64,000 bases of DNA from Candidatus Woesebacteria bacterium (GTDB taxonomy: Bacteria > Patescibacteriota > Microgenomatia > UBA1400 > PJMF01): contig JASFHL010000002.1 in the NCBI GenBank assembly GCA_050123235.1, forward strand, positions 15,326-79,325, written 5' to 3'. Made by a program: the position numbers and the translations under genes. Positions 39,101-48,757 of this stretch are shown here, piece after piece; the first letter of the stretch is position 1, and each line of letters opens with the position of its first letter. Below the pieces are notes generated by a model. It did no database searches. It saw only the letters and a list, made by a program, of their open reading frames with translations, and was not told the DNA's origin.

Positions 39101-39677
39101 TTTATACCTTACTGAGCATCCTCTGGCTGATGCTTTGACAGCTGTTAACAAAAGATCAAATATGAAAGCCAATGCAATTGATAAAACAATTCATAAAGGC
39201 AAAAGCTTTTTATTTGCTGGAGTGATTAGCAGAATTAAAATAGTACAAACTAAAAAAACAGCTAGGGATATGTGTTTCGGGAACCTTGATGATGGAACTG
39301 GTAGTCTATCCTTTGTTTGTTTTCCTAAAGTCTATGAAAAATATCGACATTTATTAAAACAGGATCAAGTTGTTCTGCTTAAAGCTAAAGTAGATTATAG
39401 AGAAAGTGAAGTTAATCTAGTTGTAGAAAAAGTAACTGTACCCGACCAAAATAAAACCAATTATGAAGATAGTAAAGATTATAAAGAAATATTTATTCCT
39501 AGGAAAACCGAGAAAGAAACTTTAAAAAAATTAGGTAAATTTCTAAAATCAAATCCTGGTGAGGATAAAGTGATGATTATAATTCCTAATGGCGGAGAAG
39601 CAAAGAGAATAAAATTGCCTTATACTGTTAAATGGAGTGAAGATTTGAAAAAAAAGGTGGATGCTTTGTTGAAGTAA
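36192..39677 (+). CDS. dnaE: DNA polymerase III alpha subunit
   Basis: PHP domain 'FVHLHVHTEYSMLDG'. 1161 aa. Palm and OB regions are present. Confidence 0.9.
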   Translation: MTHNSHYSKAMSDFVHLHVHTEYSMLDGLCKIPQLVAKAKSLKQKAVAITDHGNLHGAISFYNICKKHDLKPIIGSELYLAKNSRFDKQTKMGSDQSHLLVLASNFKGYQNLMKLISLAHFEGFSYKSRIDLEILEKYSEGLIILSGCMSSLTSKLLLEGKDEEAIQRFKKYKEIFNDCFYIELQSHPSIKKEKALNKELIKIARQLDLAIVASNDVHYLEADDAEAQDALLAVQTRSLISDKKRLSMIDYPDFYFKSNQEMAELFTDYPEAIKNTVAIAERCGFEIPTGKLIFPKFSLPKGETDQSYLRKLTYQGLKQKFGQIKKEHRERADYELGIIHDKGYDTYFLITEDFVNWAKKRDIGVGPGRGSAAGSIVSYALDITTINPLEHGLPFERFLNPQRPTPPDIDIDFADDRRDEVIQYAADKYGSDTVAQVITFGRMEARVAVRDIGRVLGMPYEEPDKIAKLIPNPPGKKISLEKAITTVPDLAEYYKQKKYKKLIDLAKKVEGTIRHSSVHAAAVIIADQPLPNYTPIQKDSKSGQAVTQYDMYCLDLNITDDAIGLLKFDFLGLRNLSTIQTAVQLIKQHKNKDINIDRIPIDDKKTFDLISRGETTGVFQLESAGMRRVARNLRPNQFSDITAMVALYRPGPMELIPRFIEGKHKPETIVYPHESLKPILEETYGIMVYQEQILQIANLMAAYSLGEADILRRAIGKKKKKLLDENKKRFTKQAVENKYDKKVAEKVWSFIEAFANYGFNKAHAASYAMIAYQTAYLKANYPVEYMAALMSVEANSHSMNREEKVAFAIENSKQMGIKILPPDINKSELNFSIEKNKSSLEGLAIRFSLTGIKNVGGAAIENILETRKKAKKFNSFTQFIQETEGRKVNKKVLESLIKVGAMDRFGTRASMLENLDQIRQTALAYQSEINGQDNLFANVSKEATEVKDSFPKIKEYPRQELLSFEKELLGLYLTEHPLADALTAVNKRSNMKANAIDKTIHKGKSFLFAGVISRIKIVQTKKTARDMCFGNLDDGTGSLSFVCFPKVYEKYRHLLKQDQVVLLKAKVDYRESEVNLVVEKVTVPDQNKTNYEDSKDYKEIFIPRKTEKETLKKLGKFLKSNPGEDKVMIIIPNGGEAKRIKLPYTVKWSEDLKKKVDALLK

Positions 39678-39689
39678 AGGCTCATTTAT

Positions 39690-40580
39690 TTGCCATTCCC
39701 AAACTTCCCACCAACTCTTAACTCTGCTAAACTACAATCAATGCAAACGGATTCAATTAAGAATCTAGATATCGACAAACTAAAATCAATTGCTAAACAA
39801 ATTAGAATTGATATTATTAAAATGCTTGCTGAGGTTGGCAGTGGTCATCCTGCTAGTGCCCTAGGTACTACTGATATTTTTACCAGTCTTTATTTTTATA
39901 TTCTCAATCACAATTCTAAAAATCCTAGTTGGGCTGGACGAGATTATTTTCTTTTATCCAATGGGCATATCTGTCCAGTGCTTTACGCTACTCTAGCAAG
40001 AGCTGGCTATTTTTCTTTGGATGAATTAAAAACTTTACGCCAATTAAATAGCCGTCTACAAGGTCATCCTCATTTTGGATCTTTACCAGGAGTAGAAAAT
40101 ACTTCTGGTTCTTTAGGTCAGGGACTTTCTTTGGCAGCAGGTCTAGCTTATGCTCTCAAACTTGATCAAAAACAAAATTATGTTTACTGCAGTCTCAGTG
40201 ATGCAGAAACTCAAGAAGGTCAAACCTTAGAGGCTCTGATGTTTGCTCATAAATATAAACTCGATAATTTAATTGCTTTTATTGATCGCAATAAAATCCA
40301 AATTGAAGGCCCAACTAGTAAAATTATGCCTCTGGAACCATATGCTGCTAAATTTAAAAGCTTTGGTTGGAGAGTATTTGAAACTAATGGCCATAATTTT
40401 ATAGATATTATTGAAACTTTTCATCAAGCTAAACAAATAAAAAATATGGCTAGTTTAATTATTTTTAATACTGTAGCAGGAAAAGGGGTTGATTTTATGG
40501 AAAAAGATCATCGTTGGCATGGTAAAGTGCCTAATCAAGAAGAAACAAAATTAGCTATTGAACAGTTAGCAGCTTTTTAA
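39690..40580 (+). CDS. Transketolase, N-terminal subunit (split tkt)
   Basis: TPP-binding 'GSGHPASALGTTD' and 'LSNGH'. 296 aa. It is followed by the C-terminal half. Confidence 0.85.
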   Translation: MPFPNFPPTLNSAKLQSMQTDSIKNLDIDKLKSIAKQIRIDIIKMLAEVGSGHPASALGTTDIFTSLYFYILNHNSKNPSWAGRDYFLLSNGHICPVLYATLARAGYFSLDELKTLRQLNSRLQGHPHFGSLPGVENTSGSLGQGLSLAAGLAYALKLDQKQNYVYCSLSDAETQEGQTLEALMFAHKYKLDNLIAFIDRNKIQIEGPTSKIMPLEPYAAKFKSFGWRVFETNGHNFIDIIETFHQAKQIKNMASLIIFNTVAGKGVDFMEKDHRWHGKVPNQEETKLAIEQLAAF

Positions 40581-40585
40581 AAATT

Positions 40586-41587
40586 ATGCAAAATTCAGTA
40601 GAAAATATATATCTAGCAGATTATCTAAATAATCCTAGTTATCAAGCTACTCGTGATGGTTTTGGTGATGCGCTAGTACAAGCAGCTGAAAAAAACCAAA
40701 ATATAGTTGCCCTTTCAGCAGATTTAACTAGTTCGCTCAGATTAACTGCCTTTGAAGAAAAATTTCCTAAACGTCTTATTCAAGTAGGCGTGGCTGAACA
40801 AAACCTAATGGGTGTAGCTGCAGGTTTGGCTTTAGGCGGAAAAGTTCCTTTTGCCACTAGTTATGCTGTTTTTAACCCTGGCAGAAACTGGGATCAATTG
40901 CGAGTCAGTGTTTGTTATTCAAATTTAAATGTTAAGGTAGTGGGAGGCCATGCTGGAGTTAATACTGGCGCAGACGGTGCTAGCCACCAAGCTTTAGAAG
41001 ACATTGCACTCACACGCGTGCTGCCAAACATGACTGTAGTAGTTCCTTGTGATTATCAAGAAGCATGCAAAGCTACTGCTGCCATTGCTAAATTTACTGG
41101 TCCAGCTTATTTAAGATTAAATAGAGAAAAAACTCTTGATATTACTACTGAAAATACTCCTTTTGAGATTGGCAAGGCAGTCACTTTAAGACAAGGCACA
41201 GATGCCACTATCATAGCCTGTGGAACTATGGTAGCTGAAGCTCTGCTAGCTGCCGAAGAATTAGCTAAACAAAACATTAATTTACGCGTCATTAATCTGC
41301 ACACCATTAAACCAATTGACAAACAGGCAATCATCCAAGTTGCCAATGAAACTGGAGCCATCATCACTGCTGAAGATCATCAAATTATGGCAGGCATGGG
41401 TAGTGCTGTAGCCGAAGTTCTTGTTCAAGCTCAGGGTAGAGAAGTATCAAAACTTATCCCAGTTGAAATGGTAGCAGTCAAAGATAGCTTTACTGAGTCA
41501 GGGAATGCTAAAGAATTAATGCACAAATATGAAATTGATAAGAACGCGATTATGAAAGCAGTGAACAAAGTTTTAGAAAAAAAATAG
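40586..41587 (+). CDS. Transketolase, C-terminal subunit (split tkt)
   Basis: Pyrimidine-binding and C-terminal domains ('GVAEQNLMGVAAGLA'). 333 aa. Confidence 0.85.
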   Translation: MQNSVENIYLADYLNNPSYQATRDGFGDALVQAAEKNQNIVALSADLTSSLRLTAFEEKFPKRLIQVGVAEQNLMGVAAGLALGGKVPFATSYAVFNPGRNWDQLRVSVCYSNLNVKVVGGHAGVNTGADGASHQALEDIALTRVLPNMTVVVPCDYQEACKATAAIAKFTGPAYLRLNREKTLDITTENTPFEIGKAVTLRQGTDATIIACGTMVAEALLAAEELAKQNINLRVINLHTIKPIDKQAIIQVANETGAIITAEDHQIMAGMGSAVAEVLVQAQGREVSKLIPVEMVAVKDSFTESGNAKELMHKYEIDKNAIMKAVNKVLEKK

Positions 41588-41592
41588 ATAAA

Positions 41593-41802
41593 TTATCCTA
41601 TTCCTCTGCCACCCTTCCAGAATAAGACAGAATTCTGATCACTGCCTTCTAAGTCTGCTTGAGTTCTCCTCTGACCTATCTTAGAATTAGTTTCTTTTTC
41701 CGCTATTGAGAACTGTCTCCTAGCTTCATCTATACTTAGGCCATGTATCCCAGCATATGCTCGTATTGCTTCTTCATAGATGTCTAATTCTTGTTTAACC
41801 AT
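41593..41802 (-). CDS. Hypothetical small protein (69 aa)
   Basis: ORF only. It lies downstream of fpg on the same strand. Confidence 0.3.
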   Translation of the reverse strand: MVKQELDIYEEAIRAYAGIHGLSIDEARRQFSIAEKETNSKIGQRRTQADLEGSDQNSVLFWKGGRGIG

Positions 41803-41847
41803 AATCTCCTTTTTTTAAATTAAAATAATCTGCTCGTGTCATCTTTT

Positions 41848-42696
41848 TCAACGCTGGCAACTTGGGCAAAAATACGTTCCTCGCCCAGCTATTTTTACTT
41901 TCTCTATCTCAGCGCCACAATTAGGACAAGCTTCTCCTTGCCTGTCATAAACTCTTAACTCATTTTGATAGCCACCCGCAAAACCTTCAACATTGACATA
42001 TTTACCATCATAAGTTGTACCTCCCAACTCAATTCCTCGCTCAATTACTTGACGACTAGATTTTAATAATTTTAATATTTCATCATCAGTAAGACTTTTA
42101 GCTGGCCGCAGAGGACTAATTTTAGCTAAATTCAAAGCGTCTACCGCATAAATATTCCCCACTCCAGCCAACACTTTATTATCCATCAGAACTTGTTTGA
42201 TCGGCACTGAACGACGACTCAATTTTTCTTTAAAATACTCAAAAGTCAAAGTTTGATCATTTACATCAGGGCCATATTTAGCAAATTCAGCTTCGACTTC
42301 TTGATCTGTCATTAACCTAATCCAACCAAAAATCCTCATATCATTAAAAAAAAGTGTAGCGTCATCAGCAAAAGCAACTATCACCCTCGTATGCTTAGAT
42401 GGTAGGTCACTCACCCAATCAGCTGTCGGATGACCACCACCCACTCGCTGTTTGTCATTCAAAAAAATCAATTGGCCAGTCATTTTCAAATGAACTAACA
42501 GATTTAAAGCTTCATTCAATTTAAAACGTAAAATTTTAGCCCGCCTATTAACTTCTTGAATAGTCATGCCTTCAATTGTCTTCCTATCCCCTTGAAAACT
42601 TTTTTCATGAAGAATTTGCAATTTAGCAATTTTTCTACCAGGAATTAAGTCATTTAAACGCCGACTGATTGTTTCTACTTCTGGAAGTTCTGGCAT
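41848..42696 (-). CDS. mutM: Formamidopyrimidine-DNA glycosylase (Fpg/MutM)
   Basis: 'MPELPEVE' N-terminus with catalytic Pro2 and Glu3. C-terminal zinc finger 'CPNCG...CPSCQ'. Confidence 0.85.
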   Translation of the reverse strand: MPELPEVETISRRLNDLIPGRKIAKLQILHEKSFQGDRKTIEGMTIQEVNRRAKILRFKLNEALNLLVHLKMTGQLIFLNDKQRVGGGHPTADWVSDLPSKHTRVIVAFADDATLFFNDMRIFGWIRLMTDQEVEAEFAKYGPDVNDQTLTFEYFKEKLSRRSVPIKQVLMDNKVLAGVGNIYAVDALNLAKISPLRPAKSLTDDEILKLLKSSRQVIERGIELGGTTYDGKYVNVEGFAGGYQNELRVYDRQGEACPNCGAEIEKVKIAGRGTYFCPSCQR

Positions 42697-42736
42697 AAGA
42701 GAATTTAAAATTAACCCTTAATTTACTTTAACAAAG

Positions 42737-45694
42737 CTAGCCCAAATGCTCAGGAGCATTAATTAAACCACATTTTTTATATTTTTTCCCAGAGCCACAA
42801 GGACAAGGATCATTTCTACCAATTTTAACTTTTTTAGATCCTGGATTAGCTTTAGCCACTGCTTTAGCACTACCTAATGCATTAGCTAGATCATTCAAAG
42901 ATCCTTTTCTTTTTTGAGGAGCTTTTTTAGCTGAAGGTGGAGTGGCATCTGCTACTTCTTTAGCTAGACTTTCATGAATATCTTCTTTTTCTAAAGAAAC
43001 ATCATCAGGAACGACTCTGACGATTGGTTGATTTGTAGGATGCACTCTAAAAATTCTACTAGCAATAGTTGACTCAATCACTGCAATTAATTTTTCAAAA
43101 ATAAGAAAGGCCTCTTTTTTATATTCTGATAAAACAGTTTGCTTGTCACCTCGGAGCCAAATACCATCACGTAGGTTCTCAATTTCATCCAAATGATCCA
43201 TCCATTTCTCATCAATGGTAGAAATAGAAACCATTCTCTCAATCTCTCGCATCATTTCTTTACCCAAAACTTTTTCTCTAGCTTTATAAGTCTGTGCAAC
43301 CACTGACATTAATTCATCAGTGATTTCTTGGGTTTGACTTAATTTAGAAATTTTTTCTTTTAATTGCCGTTGTGATTTATCATCAAAAGGAATAATTTTA
43401 ATAAATTCCTTGACAATGGCATCATATTCATCGGCCGTAAATCTTTGTGGAGCCCTAGTAGCAACTGTTGATTCAATCTCATCTTTAATGTAATTAACAA
43501 TTTCCTCTTTTAAAGACACAGCTTCCTCGGCTTTGTCCAAAACTTCAGCTTGGTCAAGCAATCTTCTTCTTCTTTTATAAATAATTTCTCTATGCTTATT
43601 CATCACATCGTCAAATTCAACCAATCTTTTACGTTGATCAAAGAAAAAGCCTTCAACTTTAACCTGAGCTGACTCAATTGATTTGCTAACCATTTTATGT
43701 TCGATGGGTTGATCTTCTTCAATACGCAAAAAATCCATAATTTTAGCAATCTGCTCGCCACCAAAAATACGCATAATCTCATCATCTAAAGCCACAAAAA
43801 ACTGACTCTTACCAGGATCACCTTGCCTACCAGAACGGCCGCGAAGCTGATTGTCAATTCTTCTAGATTCATGACGTTCCGTACCAATGATGTATAAACC
43901 ACCGGCTTTAACAACTTCGTCATGTGCTTTCTGCCATTTTTCCGAAGCTTTACTGTATTCTGCCAATTTATAATTAGCAGGATTAACTGAAGGAGGAATA
44001 GATAGATGCCGATATTTTTTAGCTAATTTAGTTTTTTTCTTAGTTCTAGTCTTTTTAAGATAATCTTTGAGCTCTGGCTTAGCGCCACCCAAAACAATAT
44101 CAACGCCACGTCCAGCAATGTTAGTTGCCACTGTGATGGCTCCTTTTTTACCAGCCTCAGCAATAATAAAAGCTTCTTTTTCATGATTTTTAGCATTTAA
44201 AACCTGATGGGGAATTTTTTTCTTTTTCAAAAATTGAGCAATGATCTGATTATGTTCAATTGAGCGTGTACCAATCAAAATAGGTTGACCAGCTTGATGA
44301 GCTTTCTCAACTTCTTTGCTAATAGCGGTATATTTTGCAGCCGTAGTTTTATAAATTACATCAGCTTTATCTTCACGGACTACTGTTTCATTAGTAGGAA
44401 TAGCCAAAACATCAACATCATAGATCTGTTTAAATTCTTCTGACTCAGTCACAGCTGTCCCAGTCATGCCAGATAATTTTTGATAAAGTCTAAAATAATT
44501 CTGAATAGAAATGCTAGCTAAAGTCCTAGATTCTTGTTGAATAGGCACCCCTTCTTTAGCTTCAATTGATTGATGTAAACCATCGCTATAACGACGGCCA
44601 TACATCAATCTACCAGTATGTTCATCAACAATGATAACTTTATTTTCACGAACAATATATTCCTTATCGCGACGATAAAGAGTTTGAGCTTTTAATGCTG
44701 CTTCTACATGATGAATAGTATCAAAACTTTCCTCATAAAGGTTGCTGACTCCCAGTTTTTGTTCAATTCTTTTGACACCAAGATCAGTTAAGGTGACTGA
44801 TTTTGCTTTCTCATCAATTTTGTAATCTTGATCTTTACTTAAAGAACGCACCATTTTGGCGTAATCATAATATTTTTTAGTAGGTTCAGTATCTGGAGCA
44901 CTGATAATTAAAGGAGTTCTCGCTTCATCAATCAAAATTGAATCAGCCTCATCCACAATCGCAAAGTGGTGAGTATTATCTTCCCGTTGCACCATTCTCT
45001 TTAAAGAAGGCACCATATTATCTCTCAAATAATCAAAACCAAATTCGTTATTAGTACCATAAGTAATATCAGCAGCATAAGCTTCTTTTCTAGGAATTTC
45101 TACAAAATGTTCCAAACGCTCATCACCACGTTCTTCACTGTCTACAGTTGAATCATAAAGTTTAGCCTTATCATGGACCACAACAGCAGTAGATAAACCT
45201 AAAAATTCATAGATTGGCCCCATCCAACCAACTCCAATTTCAGCTAGATAATCATTGACTGTAATCAAATGAACACCTTTACCCAGCAAAGCATTAAGAT
45301 AGAGTGGAGCAGTAACAGTCAGCGTTTTTCCTTCACCTGTTTTCTGTTCAGTCACATTGCCATAATGAAGAGCAATTCCCGCCAACAGCTGAACATCAAA
45401 ATGCCGCATGCCTAGCACTCTATGAGAAGTTTCACGAACAGTTGCAAAAGCTTCGGGAAGTAATTCTTCTAAAAGGGCTGCTTCTTTTTCTTTAATTAGA
45501 ACTTCATCATAGCTAGGGAGATCTTGAAGAGCCTCTTCAATTTTTTTCTTAAACTTGCTGGTTTGAGCTGCTAGTTTAGCATCAGATAACTTTTTAAGTT
45601 TAGGCTCAAGAGCATTGATTTCTGCAACTATTTTCTGATAACGATCAAGCTTTTTTTGTGACTCATCAAAGATCTTAGTTAAAAATTTAAACAT
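42737..45694 (-). CDS. secA: Preprotein translocase ATPase SecA
   Basis: DEAD-like motifs. 985 aa. C-terminal zinc finger 'CPCGSGKKYKKC'. Confidence 0.95.
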   Translation of the reverse strand: MFKFLTKIFDESQKKLDRYQKIVAEINALEPKLKKLSDAKLAAQTSKFKKKIEEALQDLPSYDEVLIKEKEAALLEELLPEAFATVRETSHRVLGMRHFDVQLLAGIALHYGNVTEQKTGEGKTLTVTAPLYLNALLGKGVHLITVNDYLAEIGVGWMGPIYEFLGLSTAVVVHDKAKLYDSTVDSEERGDERLEHFVEIPRKEAYAADITYGTNNEFGFDYLRDNMVPSLKRMVQREDNTHHFAIVDEADSILIDEARTPLIISAPDTEPTKKYYDYAKMVRSLSKDQDYKIDEKAKSVTLTDLGVKRIEQKLGVSNLYEESFDTIHHVEAALKAQTLYRRDKEYIVRENKVIIVDEHTGRLMYGRRYSDGLHQSIEAKEGVPIQQESRTLASISIQNYFRLYQKLSGMTGTAVTESEEFKQIYDVDVLAIPTNETVVREDKADVIYKTTAAKYTAISKEVEKAHQAGQPILIGTRSIEHNQIIAQFLKKKKIPHQVLNAKNHEKEAFIIAEAGKKGAITVATNIAGRGVDIVLGGAKPELKDYLKKTRTKKKTKLAKKYRHLSIPPSVNPANYKLAEYSKASEKWQKAHDEVVKAGGLYIIGTERHESRRIDNQLRGRSGRQGDPGKSQFFVALDDEIMRIFGGEQIAKIMDFLRIEEDQPIEHKMVSKSIESAQVKVEGFFFDQRKRLVEFDDVMNKHREIIYKRRRRLLDQAEVLDKAEEAVSLKEEIVNYIKDEIESTVATRAPQRFTADEYDAIVKEFIKIIPFDDKSQRQLKEKISKLSQTQEITDELMSVVAQTYKAREKVLGKEMMREIERMVSISTIDEKWMDHLDEIENLRDGIWLRGDKQTVLSEYKKEAFLIFEKLIAVIESTIASRIFRVHPTNQPIVRVVPDDVSLEKEDIHESLAKEVADATPPSAKKAPQKRKGSLNDLANALGSAKAVAKANPGSKKVKIGRNDPCPCGSGKKYKKCGLINAPEHLG

Positions 45695-45810
45695 AGACGT
45701 ATATTATGACATAAAGTGGAAAAAAGTGGGGCTTGTTTGTTTAGTTTGAAAATATATTTAAAGCATAAATAGTTTGATAAGACAGTAATTTCAATATTTT
45801 TCTATTACAA

Positions 45811-45840
45811 AAAGAAAGGCCCCCTGAGAGGGGGCCTGGG
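45811..45840 (-). terminator. Strong intrinsic terminator (GGCCCCCUCUCAGGGGGCC + UUUCUUUUU) on the - strand
   Basis: 7-bp G/C stem, 5-nt loop, then a U-tract. It sits immediately 3' of the GC-rich mini-gene and about 115 nt upstream of the secA ATG. Confidence 0.6.
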
Positions 45841-45843
45841 TGC

Positions 45844-45963
45844 TCAGCCTACGTGAGTTTGGCTGAGCAAAAGAAGGACCAATAGCAAAATGGCTATGAT
45901 TAGCAGCCCGAGGCAACATCCCTCGGGCCCATTGGCAAACAACGCTTCCAAATTCATTTCCAT
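45844..45963 (-). other. GC-rich mini-gene: candidate 39-aa hydrophobic peptide (MEMNLEALFANGPEGCCLGLLIIAILLLVLLLLSQTHVG) or structured sRNA
   Basis: 'AGGAGA' SD 5 nt before the ATG. 40 in-frame codons including the stop. A predicted single TM helix. Internal G/C hairpins. A 'GGATATAAT'-like -10 box lies upstream, and it ends at the terminator above. It is below the 60-aa ORF-track cutoff. Confidence 0.3.
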
Positions 45964-46127
45964 GTCTCCTTTTCTTGACTGCCCCGCTTTTGGAACAGCC
46001 AAGAGAATTTAAAATCAGTATTTAAAATTATATCCTATAATAATAAAATATCAATAACAATAAAATTTACACAGTTCGATCTAGTTGAAGATAATTTTTA
46101 AAAACTATTAAAAAACTAATCAAAAAT

Positions 46128-47399
46128 CTAGCCAATTACTTCTTTACCTACTTGCTCCTTCAATACTTCCGGCACCTTAATACTGCCATCTGCTTGTTGA
46201 TAATTTTCCACTATGGCTGCTAAGAGACGCGGGGTAGCAGCCACTGTATTATTAAGTGTATAAACAAACTTAGTGCTGCCATCTTTGGCCTGATACTTAA
46301 TGCCAAGACGACGAGATTGAAAATCATTAAAATAACTACAGCTATGAGTCTCCCTATATTTATTTTGTCCAGGAAACCAAGTTTCAATATCATATTTTTT
46401 GTGCTGACCTGCTCCCATATCACCGGTACACATCATCACTATCTGATAGGGAAGAGCTAAGTTTTGCAATAGCTCTTCAGAAAAGCCCAACATCTTTTCA
46501 TGCCATTTTCTTGTCTCTTCTTCATCAGCCACAGTATAAACCACCTGCTCAACTTTATTAAATTGATGCAACCTAATCACACCTTTGGTATCCTTGCCAT
46601 AAGAACCTACCTCTCTCCTAAAACATGGTGAGATACCAGTCATTTTAATTGGCAAATCTTTTTCTCTCAAAACTTCACCTTGATGATAAGCCGTAAGAGC
46701 AACTTCAGCTGTGCCAGCTAAAATCTGTTCATCTTGAGTGTAGTAATGATCATCAGCTCCCCAGGGAAAATAAGCAGTGCCAATCATAGCTTCTTTTTTA
46801 ACTAAAACTGGGACTGTCATGGGAGTAAAATCTTTTTTTATCATCAAATCAAGTGCATAATTAAGAATAGCCTGCTCTAATAAAACTGCTTCATTTTTCA
46901 AAAAATATCCTCTGAAACCTGCTATTTTAACAGCTCGTTTTGTATCAAGTAAATCTAAATTTAACATCAATTCATCATGATTTTTAGCTTTAAAATCAAA
47001 TTTAGGGAATTCTCCTACAGTCCTAACCACTTGATTGCCACTTTCGTCTGGACCAATTGGTACTTCAACTGCTGGCACATTAGGAATAGCCAATAATAAT
47101 TCTTCAAAATCTGCTTCAATTTTTTTCAATGCTGGTTCTTTGCTTTTTAATTCTGCTTTCAACTTTTTGCCATTCTTAACTTGTTCAGCAGAGGGCTCAG
47201 CTCCATCATGAACCAATTTTTTAATCTCATCTGCGTTTTGATTAACTTTCTGACGGATCACCTGGACTTCGCTAAGCAAGTCTCTGCGCTGTTTGTCAGA
47301 CTCCAATAACTCGTCAACTAACTCTTCTTTTAATTGTTTATCCCTGCAAGCTTTTTTAACAGCATCGGGATTCTCTCTAATATAATTGATATCTAACAT
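46128..47399 (-). CDS. serS: Serine--tRNA ligase
   Basis: N-terminal coiled-coil arm plus a class II core ('GISPCFRREVGS'). 423 aa. Confidence 0.9.
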   Translation of the reverse strand: MLDINYIRENPDAVKKACRDKQLKEELVDELLESDKQRRDLLSEVQVIRQKVNQNADEIKKLVHDGAEPSAEQVKNGKKLKAELKSKEPALKKIEADFEELLLAIPNVPAVEVPIGPDESGNQVVRTVGEFPKFDFKAKNHDELMLNLDLLDTKRAVKIAGFRGYFLKNEAVLLEQAILNYALDLMIKKDFTPMTVPVLVKKEAMIGTAYFPWGADDHYYTQDEQILAGTAEVALTAYHQGEVLREKDLPIKMTGISPCFRREVGSYGKDTKGVIRLHQFNKVEQVVYTVADEEETRKWHEKMLGFSEELLQNLALPYQIVMMCTGDMGAGQHKKYDIETWFPGQNKYRETHSCSYFNDFQSRRLGIKYQAKDGSTKFVYTLNNTVAATPRLLAAIVENYQQADGSIKVPEVLKEQVGKEVIG

Positions 47400-47401
47400 A
47401 A

Positions 47402-47944
47402 TTAATTTTCCTTTTTAAAAACTGATATTAAAAAATCAATATGTTCTTCAGGACTTTCTTCAATTAAATCAAAACCTTGTTTAATATCTTCACGGCTCAC
47501 ATTAGCAGCAAAGGCTTTATCCTTAATCTTCTTTTTGACTGATTTAACTTTCATATCTTGGAAACCATTGGGCCGCATCAAAGAAACTGCATGCATCAAA
47601 CCGGACAACTCATCACAGGCAAACAAATATCTCTCCAACTTTGTTTCTGGTCTTTTTCCAGTCCTATTCGGGGCATGAGCTTTAATTGCTTCTAATAGTC
47701 CATCAGGATAGTCTTTTAAAATTTCATTGAGCGCTTTATTAGGATGCTCGTCTGGATACATCTCCCAATCCAAATCATGCAACAATCCAGTTTGATACCA
47801 TAGTTCTTCATCTTCATTCAACTTTTTGGCATAAGCTTCCATGGCAGCAGCTACCATCTTACAATGATGAACTAAACGTTCATTTTTAATATATTTTTTA
47901 AGTAAAGCTTCTGATTCTTGGCGACTAGCTAATGATTTTGGCAT
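47402..47944 (-). CDS. HD-domain phosphohydrolase (YqeK-like)
   Basis: 'VHHCKMVAAAM...GLLHDLD' contains the H...HD motif. 180 aa. Confidence 0.6.
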   Translation of the reverse strand: MPKSLASRQESEALLKKYIKNERLVHHCKMVAAAMEAYAKKLNEDEELWYQTGLLHDLDWEMYPDEHPNKALNEILKDYPDGLLEAIKAHAPNRTGKRPETKLERYLFACDELSGLMHAVSLMRPNGFQDMKVKSVKKKIKDKAFAANVSREDIKQGFDLIEESPEEHIDFLISVFKKEN

Positions 47945-47961
47945 ATTTTAAATAAAAATTC

Positions 47962-48741
47962 TTATAATGGGTTATTAATATCTACAAACTCTATTTCTAC
48001 TTGTCCCTTAAAATCTTTTTTTATTTTTTTTGTCAAAGCTTTAATCCCTAATGTCTCAGTAGCATAATGACCGCCAGCAAAATAAGAAATGCCTGACTCT
48101 AAAAACTGATGCAAACTGGATTCCTTGATCTCACCAGTAATATGCAGTTCAACTTGTTTTTCTCTAATCTCTGCTAAATCCTTTAAATCTGGAATCCCTC
48201 CACCACTGACAATTCCCAGCCTCTTAACTTTACCTTTACTAGCATTAATTACAAATACATCATGATCACAGATTTTCTTAACCTTATCAGCCAAGCTTTG
48301 AATCGAAGCCGCTTTGCTTAACTCTCCCACAAAACCCCAAGTATCAAAATATGAATCTACAATTTTAGCTTTCAGTAACTTAGCCATCACTGCATTATTT
48401 CCAATTTTAGAATCCGCATCTAAACAATAATGAAAACCAAATAAATTAAGATTATTCTCCAGTAGCAATTTTAATCTTTTTTGTTGATAGGGAAGTAAAA
48501 TATTATATGGCAAGGCAAGATTTAAAGCATGATGAACAATAATAGTATCAGCCTTTTTTTTAATGGCTTGCTTAATTAATTCTGCCGAGATAGAAACCCC
48601 AGTCACAATCTTTTTAATTTCTTTTCTGCCTGGCACTTGCAAGCCATTGGGCAGCTTTGTGTCAATTTCCCTGGCTTTTTTTATTAAATCTGGTGTAAAG
48701 AGTTTTTTTAAATAGTCGTCAAGTTGTGATTGTTTGATCAT
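47962..48741 (-). CDS. Nif3/YbgI family dinuclear metal-centre protein
   Basis: 'ADTIIVHHAL' and a C-terminal 'GHYATE' are Nif3 family features. 259 aa. Confidence 0.7.
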   Translation of the reverse strand: MIKQSQLDDYLKKLFTPDLIKKAREIDTKLPNGLQVPGRKEIKKIVTGVSISAELIKQAIKKKADTIIVHHALNLALPYNILLPYQQKRLKLLLENNLNLFGFHYCLDADSKIGNNAVMAKLLKAKIVDSYFDTWGFVGELSKAASIQSLADKVKKICDHDVFVINASKGKVKRLGIVSGGGIPDLKDLAEIREKQVELHITGEIKESSLHQFLESGISYFAGGHYATETLGIKALTKKIKKDFKGQVEIEFVDINNPL

Positions 48742-48757
48742 AAAGCCTTTTTATTTT

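Noticed and set aside
45811-45995. SRP RNA (4.5S) or RNase P/tmRNA identity for the GC-rich element
   Set aside because: I could not find the SRP domain IV GGAA tetraloop or symmetric-loop consensus, the RNase P CR-I/CR-V motifs, or a tmRNA tRNA-like end. It stays as an unassigned sRNA or peptide candidate pending a covariance-model search.
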